In this document: piece by piece, positions 51,255-64,000 of the stretch
Numbering within the stretch: position 1 is the stretch's first letter
Layout of the letters: each line of letters begins with the position of its first letter
DNA from: the human T2T-CHM13v2.0 reference genome, Homo sapiens
Reading direction: 5' to 3' (one strand)
DNA length: 64,000 nt
Assembly: GCF_009914755.1 (NCBI RefSeq)
Contig: NC_060948.1
Notes under the pieces: model-generated
The model's input: the letters and a program-made list of their open reading frames with translations, nothing else
The model's database searches: none
Told to the model about the DNA's origin: nothing
Translations under genes and position numbers: made by a program

Positions 51255-53354
51255 AGATCCATATTTTTTAAATGAAAAAAAATTTCAAAGGTACTCTGCT
51301 TGGTACAATAATCAAATGTATAAACTGAGGAATAAAACATAACCATGAAACCTACTTATAACTGCATATGGAAAATACAGAGGATAATTTTTTAAATAAC
51401 ATATTTTGAAAGCCTTAACTAGTAATTTGAAGAGTTGGCATTTGAAAGGCCAGTATGAATATACCTTCAAAGCAGCAACACAGGTTCCCCATGAGAAAAA
51501 GCAAACACAGGGAAAATAAAAACACAAAGGTTCAATCTCTTCTGACCTTTGAAAGACACAGCACAGACAGTGGTCCTTAGGACGAAGAGCAGGAGACCCC
51601 TAATTCCGTCACCATGGCGATAGGGCATAAACATTGCTGGGTGAGGGCACAATCCACATTGTGAGGTCCAACTGCTGCCAGGAAGACAGGAGTGCTTTTA
51701 CATAGACCGAAAGGTCATTGAAGGCTCAGAGTTTTGTTTCAAGAACTGAATCCCAAGCCCACACGTTATTAGGCTGCGCTTCTTAAAACAAGTTATGAGA
51801 TGGGAAAAAGGGCACCCACAAACATACGTATACATTATGTATATAATAATATACAGTATCATATATATAATATATATAACCTATGTATAATATTGTTTTA
51901 CATCCTGCATCTTATGTTATATATATTGTATAAAATATAATAATTGATAATATATAAGTTTTATAATTATACAATATGACATATAGTATATATTATAATT
52001 TATGACATATATAATATATGTTATATATCATATATAGAATATATTATACGGTTAATATACGTATTAAATATAAATTATACATTATATATATTATATATAA
52101 TATATCTGTTATATATAATACCCATTATGCATAATATATATATTATGTCTATGTTATATATAGTATAAAACAACATATAATAATATATAATTGTATATAT
52201 AAAATGCGACATATAATATATATTATATTTTATAACATATGTAATATATATTATATATAATACGTTGTATGTATAATACCTATATTAAATATATATTATA
52301 TGACTATGTTATTAATTACATGTCACATGTGTTACATATTATATATTTTACATAGAATATACCGGTTACATACAATATATACTATGTTACCTATAATGTA
52401 TAATTTATTACATGTAAAATAAAGAATGCAATATATTATGTATAATTTATAATATACAATATGTGGAATGTGACATATGTAACATATAATATATGATATA
52501 TGATATACAGTATATGATATATAACATACAATATATGATTCCTAATATATACGGTATACAATATATATTTTATGATATGTATTCTATATGTTTTATATTC
52601 TGTTATATATAACTATTTGAAATTATATATAACTGTATAATATTTTATGTAAATATGTAATATAATATATATAACTATATAATATATTATATATAACTAT
52701 ATATTATGTTATATATACTTTTATAACATAATTTACATAAAATATCATAATATAATATATATTATATTATTTCATATTACATAATATATATTACATATCA
52801 CCCAATATAACTAACATACATAATATTATAATATAGATTATATTATGTTATATTAAATATCATATATATCATGTATCATATATTCTATAATATATATTAC
52901 ACATTATATAATATGTATGTTGTCTATTATGTGATATATATAACTCAATATATAATTATATTTTTATACATATAACTAGATAAACATGTAATTCTACATA
53001 TTTTCATTTATAATATGTAGAATTATATAATCATATATAATTATTTATATTCTATAAAAAATTTTATCATTATATAAATTATAATATATAAAAATTATAA
53101 TATGTACTACAAATATATATATATTATATATCATATATGATATAGTACCTTTGTTATATATCATAATACATATAAATGTGTATTATGTTATCTATAATTA
53201 TATAATTTCATATATAAGATGTATAATATGTATCATATATTATATATGTTATGTAATATATATAGTATATATAAGATGACACAGGATAAATATTATATAC
53301 TATGACATATAAAATATATGAGGTTATATGTTACATATAAGGCATAGCACATAA

Positions 53355-53669
<315 letters not shown>

Positions 53670-55776
53670 AGATCCATATTTTTTAAATGAAAAAAAATTT
53701 CAAAGGTACTCTGCTTGGTACAATAATCAAATGTATAAACTGAGGAATAAAACATAACCATGAAACCTACTTATAACTGCATATGGAAAATACAGAGGAT
53801 AATTTTTTAAATAACATATTTTGAAAGCCTTAACTAGTAATTTGAAGAGTTGGCATTTGAAAGGCCAGTATGAATAAACCTTCAAAGCAGCAACACAGGT
53901 TCCCCATGAGAAAAAACAAACACAGGGAAAATAAAAACACAAAGGTTCAATCTCTTCTGACCTTTGAAAGACACAGCACAGACAGTGGTCCTTAGGACGA
54001 AGAGCAGGAGACCCCTAATTCCGTCACCATGGCGATAGGGCATAAACATTGCTGGGTGAGGGCACAATCCACATTGTGAGGTCCAACTGCTGCCAGGAAG
54101 ACAGGAGTGCTTTTACATAGACCGAAAGGTCATTGAAGGCTCAGAGTTTTGTTTCAAGAACTGAATCCCAAGCCCACACGTTATTAGGCTGCGCTTCTTA
54201 AAACAAGTTATGAGATGGGAAAAAGGGCACCCACAAACATACGTATACATTATGTATATAATAATATACTGTATCATATATATAATATATATAACCTATG
54301 TATAATATTGTTTTACATCCTGCATCTTATGTTATATATATTGTATAAAATATAATAATTGATAATATATAAGTTTTATAATTATACAATATGACATATA
54401 GTATATATTATAATTTATGACATATATAATATATGTTATATATCATATATAGAATATATTATACGGTTAATATACGTATTAAATATAAATTATACCTTAT
54501 ATATATTATATATAATATATCTGTTATATATAATACCCATTATGCATAATATATATATTATGTCTATGTTATATATAGTATAAAACAACATATTATAATA
54601 TATAATTGTATATATAAAATGCGACATATAATATATATTATATTTTATAACATATGTAATATATATTATATATTATATATAATACGTTGTATGTATAATA
54701 CCTATATTAAATATATATTATATGACTATGTTATTAATTACATGTCACATGTGTTATATATTATATATTTTACATAGAATATACCGGTTACATACAATAT
54801 ATACTATGTTACCTATAATGTATAATTTATTACATGTAAAATAAAGAATGCAATATATTATGTATAATTTATAATATACAATATGTGGAATGTGACATAT
54901 GTAACATATAATATATGATATATGATATACAGTATATGATATATAACATACAATATATGATTCCTAATATATATGGTATACAATATATATTTTATGATAT
55001 GTATTCTATATGTTTTATATTCTGTTATATACAACTATTTGAAATTATATATAACTGTATAATATTTTATGTGAATATGTAATATAATATATATAACTAT
55101 ATAATATATTATATATAACTATATATTATGTTATATATACTTTTATAACATAATTTACATAAAATATCATAATATAATATATATTATATTATTTCATATT
55201 ACATAATATATATTACATATCCCCCAATATAACTAACATACATAATATTATAATATAGATTATATTATGTTATATTAAATATCATATATATCATGTATCA
55301 TATATTCTATAATATATATTACACATTATATAATATGTATGTTGTCTATTATGTGATATATATAACTCAATATATAATTATATTTTTATACATATAACTA
55401 GATAAACATGTAATTCTACATATTTTCATTTATAATATGTAGAATTATATAATCATATATAATTATTTATATTCTATAAAAAATTTTATCATTATATAAA
55501 TTATAATATATAAAAATTATAATATGTACTACAAATATATATATATTATATATCATATATGATATAGTACCTTTGTTATATATCATAATACATATAAATG
55601 TGTATTATGTTATCTATAATTATATAATTTCATATATAAGATGTATAATATGTATCATATATTATATATGTTATGTAATATATATAGTATATATAAGATG
55701 ACACAGGATAAATATTATATACTATGACATATAAAATATATGAGGTTATATGTTACATATAAGGCATAGCACATAA

Positions 55777-56091
<315 letters not shown>

Positions 56092-58194
56092 AGATCCATA
56101 TTTTGTAAATGAAAAAAAATTTCAAAGGTACTCTGCTTGGTACAATAATCAAATGTATAAACTGAGGAATAAAACATAACCATGAAACCTACTTATAACT
56201 GCATATGGAAAATACAGAGGATAATTTTTTAAATAACATATTTTGAAAGCCTTAACTAGTAATTTGAAGAGTTGGCATTTGAAAGGCCAGTATGAATAAA
56301 CCTTCAAAGCAGCAACACAGGTTCCCCATGAGAAAAAGCAAACACAGGGAAAATAAAAACACAAAGGTTCAATCTCTTCTGACCTTTGAAAGACACAGCA
56401 CAGACAGTGGTCCTTAGGACGAAGAGCAGGAGACCCCTAATTCCGTCACCATGGCGATAGGGCATAAACATTGCTGGGTGAGGGCACAATCCACATTGTG
56501 AGGTCCAACTGCTGCCAGGAAGACAGGAGTGCTTTTACATAGACCGAAAGGTCATTGAAGGCTCAGAGTTTTGTTTCAAGAACTGAATCCCAAGCCCACA
56601 CGTTATTAGGCTGCGCTTCTTAAAACAAGTTATGAGATGGGAAAAAGGGCACCCACAAACATACGTATACATTATGTATATAATAATATACAGTATCATA
56701 TATATAATATATATAACCTATGTATAATATTGTTTTACATCCTGCATCTTATGTTATATATATTGTATAAAATATAATAGTTGATAATATATAAGTTTTA
56801 TAATTATACAATATGACATATAGTATATATTATAATTTATGACATATATAATATATGTTGTATGTCATATATAGAATATATTATACGGTTAATATACGTA
56901 TTAAATATAAATTATACATTATATATATTATATATAATATATCTGTTATATATAATACCCATTATGCATAATATATATATTATGTCTATGTTATATATAG
57001 TATAAAACAACATATAATAATATATAATTGTATATATAAAATGCGACATATAATATATATTATATTTTATAACATATGTAATATATATTATATATTATAT
57101 ATAATACGTTGTATGTATAATACCTATATTAAATATATATTATATGACTATGTTATTAATTACATGTCACATGTGTTATATATTATATATTTTACATAGA
57201 ATATACCGGTTACATACAATATATACTATGTTACCTATAATGTATAATTTATTACATGTAAAATAAAGAATGCAATATATTATGTAAAATTTATAATAAA
57301 CCATATGTGGAATGTGATATATATAACATATAATATATGATATATGATATACAGTATATGATATATAACATACAATATATGATTCCTAATATATATGGTA
57401 TACAATATATATTTTATGATATGTATTCTATATGTTTTATATTCTGTTATATATAACTATTTGAAATTATATATAACTGTATAATATTTTATGTAAATAT
57501 GTAATATAATATATATAACTATATAATATATTATATATAACTATATATTATGTTATATATACTTTTATAACATAATTTACATAAAATATCATAATATAAT
57601 ATATATTATATTATTTCATATTACATAATATATATTACATATCACCCAATATAACTAACATACATAATATTATAATATAGATTATATTATGTTATATTAA
57701 ATATCATATATATCATGTATCATATATTCTATAATATATATTACACATTATATAATATGTATGTTGTCTATTATGTGATATATATAACTATATATAATTA
57801 TATTTTTATACATATAACTAGATAAACATGTAATTCTACATATTTTCGTTTATAATATGTAGAATTATATAATCAAATATAATTATTTATATTCTATAAA
57901 AAATTTTATCATTATATAAATTATAATATATAAAAATTATAATATGTACTACAAATATATATATTATATATCATATATGCTATAGTACCTTTGTTATATA
58001 TCATAATACATATAAATGTGTATTATGTTATCTATAATTATATAATTTCATATATAAGTTGTATAATATGTATCATATATTATATATGTTATGTAATATA
58101 TATAGTATATATAAGATGACACAGGATAAATATTATATACTATGAGATATAAAATATATGAGGTTATTTGTTACATATAAGGCATAGCACATAA

Positions 58195-58509
<315 letters not shown>

Positions 58510-60635
58510 AGATCCATATTTTTTAAATGAAAAAAAATTTCAAAGGTACTCTGCTTGGTACAATAATCAAATGTATAAACTGAGGAATAAAACATAACCA
58601 TGAAACCTACTTATAACTGCATATGGAAAATACAGAGGATAATTTTTTAAATAACATATTTTGAAAGCCTTAACTAGTAATTTGAAGAGCTGGCATTTGA
58701 AAGGCCAGTATGAATATACCTTCAAAGCAGCAACACAGGTTCCCCATGAGAAAAAGCAAACACAGGGAAAATAAAAACACAAAGGTTCAATCTCTTCTGA
58801 CCTTTGAAAGACACAGCACAGACAGTGGTCCTTAGGACGAAGAGCAGGAGACCCCTAATTCCGTCACCATGGCGATAGGGCATAAACATTGCTGGGTGAG
58901 GGCACAATCCACATTGTGAGGTCCAACTGCTGCCAGGAAGACAGGAGTGCTTTTACATAGACCGAAAGGTCATTGAAGGCTCAGAGTTTTGTTTCAAGAA
59001 CTGAATCCCAAGCCCACACGTTATTAGGCTGCGCTTCTTTAAAAAAGTTATGAGATGGGAAAAAGGGCACCCACAAACATACGTATACATTATGTATATA
59101 ATAATATACAGTATCATATATATAATATATATAACCTATGTATAATATTGTTTTACATCCTGCATCTTATGTTATATATATTGTATAAAATATAATAGTT
59201 GATAATATATAAGTTTTATAATTATACAATATGACATATAGTATATATTATAATTTATGACATATATAATATATGTTATATGTCATATATAGAATATATT
59301 ATACGGTTAATATACGTATTAAATATAAATTATACATTATATATATTATATATAATATATCTGTTATATATAATACCCATTATGCATAATATATATATTA
59401 TATCTATGTTATATATAGTATAAAACAACATATAATAATATATAATTGTATATATAAAATGCGACATATAATATATATTATATTTTATAACATATGTAAT
59501 ATATATTATATATTATATATAATACGTTGTAAGTATAATACCTATATTAAATATATATTATATGACTATGTTATTAATTACATGTCACATGTGTTATATA
59601 TTATATATTTTACATAGAATATACCGGTTACATACAATATATACTATGTTACCTATAATGTATAATTTATTACATGTAAAATAAAGAATGCAATATATTA
59701 TGTATAATTTATAATATACCATATGTGGAATGTGATATATATAACATATAATATATGATATATGATATACAGTGTATGATATATAACATACAATATATGA
59801 TTCCTAATATATATGGTATACAATATATATTTTATGATATGTATTCTATATGTTTTATATTCTGTTATATATAACTATTTGAAATTATATATAACTGTAT
59901 AATATTTTATGTAAATATGTAATATAATATATAACTATATAATATATTATATATAACTATATATTATGTTATATATACTTTTATAACATAATTTACATAA
60001 AATATCATAATATAATATATATTATATTATTTCATATTACATAATATATATTACATATCACCCAATATAACTAACATACATAATATTATAATATAGATTA
60101 TATTGCGTTATATTAAATATCATATATATCATGTATCATATATTCTATAATATATATTACACATTATATAATATGTATGTTGTCTATTATGTGATATATA
60201 TAACTATATATATAATTATATTTTTATACATATAACTAGATAAACATGTAATTCTACATATTTTCATTTATAATATGTAGAATTATATAATCATATATAA
60301 TTATTTATATTCTATAAAAAATTTTATCATTATATAAATTATAATATATAAAAATTATAATATGTACTACAAATATATATATTATATATCATATATGCTA
60401 TAGTACTATTGTTATATTTCATAATACATATAAATGTGTATTATGTTATCTATAATTATATAATTTCATATATAAGGTGTATAATATGTATCATAAATTA
60501 TATATGTTGTGTAATATATATAGTATATATAAGATGACACAGGATAAATATTATATACTATGACATATAAAATATATGAGGTTATATGTTACATATAAGG
60601 CATAGCACATAACATGTAATATATATCATATATAA

Positions 60636-60927
60636 TTTTTTTTTAGACAGAATCTTGTCCTGTTGCACAGGGTGGGGTACAATGGCGCCATCTTTGCTGA
60701 CTGCAAATTCTGCCTCACGGGTCCAAGCGATTGTCCTCCCTCAGCCTCCCAGGTAGCTGGGACTACACCACACTGGGACTACACCAGCTGCCACCATGCC
60801 TAGCTAATTTTTTGGATTTTTAGTAGTGACAGCGTTTCACTGTATTGGCCAGGATGGTCTTGATCTCTTCACCTTGTGATCCCCTTGCCTTGGCCTCCAA
60901 ATTTGCTGGGATTACAGGCCTGAGCCA
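60636..60927 (-). mobile_element. Alu fragment, DYZ2 unit 26
   Basis: Copy of 157..448. Confidence 0.93.
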
Positions 60928-63032
60928 AGATCCATATTTTTTAAATGAAAAAAAATTTCAAAGGTACTCTGCTTGGTACAATAATCAAATGTATAAACTG
61001 AGGAATAAAACATAACCATGAAACCTACTTATAACTGCATATGGAAAATACAGAGGATAATTTTTTAAATAACATATTTTGAAAGCCTTAACTAGTAATT
61101 TGAAGAGTTGGCATTTGAAAGGCCAGTATGAATATACCTTCAAAGCAGCAACACAGGTTCCCCATGAGAAAAAGCAAACACAGGGAAAATAAAAACACAA
61201 AGGTTCAATCTCTTCTGACCTTTGAAAGACACAGCACAGACAGTGGTCCTTAGGACGAAGAGCAGGAGACCCCTAATTCCGTCACCATGGCGATAGGGCA
61301 TAAACATTGCTGGGTGAGGGCACAATCCACATTGTGAGGTCCAACTGCTGCCAGGAAGACAGGAGTGCTTTTACATAGACCGAAAGGTCATTGAAGGCTC
61401 AGAGTTTTCTTTCAAGAACTGAATCCCAAGCCCACACGTTATTAGGCTGCGCTTCTTAAAACAAGTTATGAGATGGGAAAAAGGGCACCCACAAACATAC
61501 GTATACATTATGTATATAATAATATACAGTATCATATATATAATATATATAACCTATGTATAATACTGTTTTACATCCTGCATCTTATGTTATATATATT
61601 GTATAAAATATAATAATTGATAATATATAAGTTTTATAATTATACAATATGACATATAGTATATATTATAATTTATGACATATATAATATATGTTATATG
61701 TCATATATAGAATATATTATACGGTTAATATACGTATTAAATATAAATTATACATTATATATATTATATACAATATATCTGTTATATATAATACCCATTA
61801 TGCATAATATATATATTATGTCTATGTTATATATAGTATAAAACAACATATAGTAATATATAATTGTATATATAAAATGCGACATATAATATATATTATA
61901 TTTTATAACATATGTAATATATATTATATATTATATATAATACGTTGTATGTATAATACCTATATTAAATATATATTATATGACTATGTTATTAATTACA
62001 TGTCACATGTGTTATATATTATATATTTTACATAGAATATACCGGTTACATACAATATATACTATGTTACCTATAATGTATAATTTATTACATGTAAAAT
62101 AAAGAATGCAATATATTATGTATAATTTATAATATACCATATGTGGAATGTGATATATATAACATATCATATATGATATATGATATACAGTATATGATAT
62201 ATAACATACAATATATGATTCCTAATATATATGGTATACAATATATATTTTATGATATGTATTCTATATGTTTTATATTCTGTTATATATAACTATTTGA
62301 AATTATATATAACTGTATAATATTTTATGTAAATATGTAATATAATATATATAACTATATAATATATTATATATAACTATATATTATGTTATATATACTT
62401 TTATAACATAATTTACATAAAATATCATAATATAATATATATTATATTATTTCATATTACATAATATATATTACATATCACCCAATATAACTAACATACA
62501 TAATATTATAATATAGATTATATTGTGTTATATTAAATATCATATATATCATGTATCATATATTCTATAATATATATTACACATTATATAATATGTATGT
62601 TGTCTATTATGTGATATATATAACTATATATATAATTATATTTTTATACATATAACTAGATAAACATGTAATTCTACATATTTTCATTTATAATATGTAG
62701 AATTATATAATCATATATAATTATTTATATTCTATAAAAAATTTTATCATTATATAAATTATAATATATAAAAATTATAATATGTACTACAAATATATAT
62801 ATTATATATCATATATGATATAGTACCTTTGTTATATATCATAATACATATACATGTGTATTATGTTATCTATAATTATATAATTTCATATATAAGATGT
62901 ATAATATGTATCATATATTATATAAGTTATGTAATATATATAGTATATATAAGATGACACAGGATAAATATTATATACTATGACATATAAAATATATGAG
63001 GTTATATGTTACATATAAGGCATAGCACATAA

Positions 63033-63347
<315 letters not shown>

Positions 63348-64000
63348 AGATCCATATTTTGTAAATGAAAAAAAATTTCAAAGGTACTCTGCTTGGTACA
63401 ATAATCAAATGTATAAACTGAGGAATAAAACATAACCATGAAACCTACTTATAACTGCATATGGAAAATACAGAGGATAATTTTTTAAATAACATATTTT
63501 GAAAGCCTTAACTAGTAATTTGAAGAGTTGGCATTTGAAAGGCCAGTATGAATATACCTTCAAAGCAGCAACACAGGTTCCCCATGAGAAAAAGCAAACA
63601 CAGGGAAAACAAAAACACAAAGGTTCAATCTCTTCTGACCTTTGAAAGACACAGCACAGACAGTGGTCCTTAGGACGAAGAGCAGGAGACCCCTAATTCC
63701 GTCACCATGGCGATAGGGCATAAACATTGCTGGGTGAGGGCACAATCCACATTGTGAGGTCCAACTGCTGCCAGGAAGACAGGAGTGCTTTTACATAGAC
63801 CGAAAGGTCATTGAAGGCTCAGAGTTTTGTTTCAAGAACTGAATCCCAAGCCCACACGTTATTAGGCTGCGCTTCTTAAAACAAGTTATGAGATGGGAAA
63901 AAGGGCACCCACAAACATACGTATACATTATGTATATAATAATATACAGTATCATATATATAATATATATAACCTATGTATAATACTGTTTTACATCCTG

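Overview
The whole window is one uninterrupted head-to-tail tandem array of a ~2.42-kb unit (about 26.4 copies, periods 2415-2422 bp, copies nearly identical by eye). Each unit has three parts: an old, 5'-clipped Alu on the minus strand (~290 bp), a ~570-bp block of moderate GC content (HSATI-type), and a ~1.55-kb extremely AT-rich degenerate segment. This matches the human DYZ2 / HSat1B satellite, most likely in Yq12 heterochromatin. The HaeIII sites predict a 2146-bp fragment, matching the classic male ~2.1-kb HaeIII band. I find no credible protein-coding gene, RNA gene or CRISPR array; all listed ORFs are by-products of the repeat. I do not find a new gene system. The interesting signal lies in the differences between copies: two haplotype domains meeting near 30-31 kb, nested 1-, 2- and 6-unit duplications, conversion-like mosaic tracts, near absence of CpG decay alongside many CpG-creating variants, and clustered NR4A (NBRE) and TCF/LEF motifs in the HSATI block. 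All comparisons were made by eye and need confirmation by alignment.
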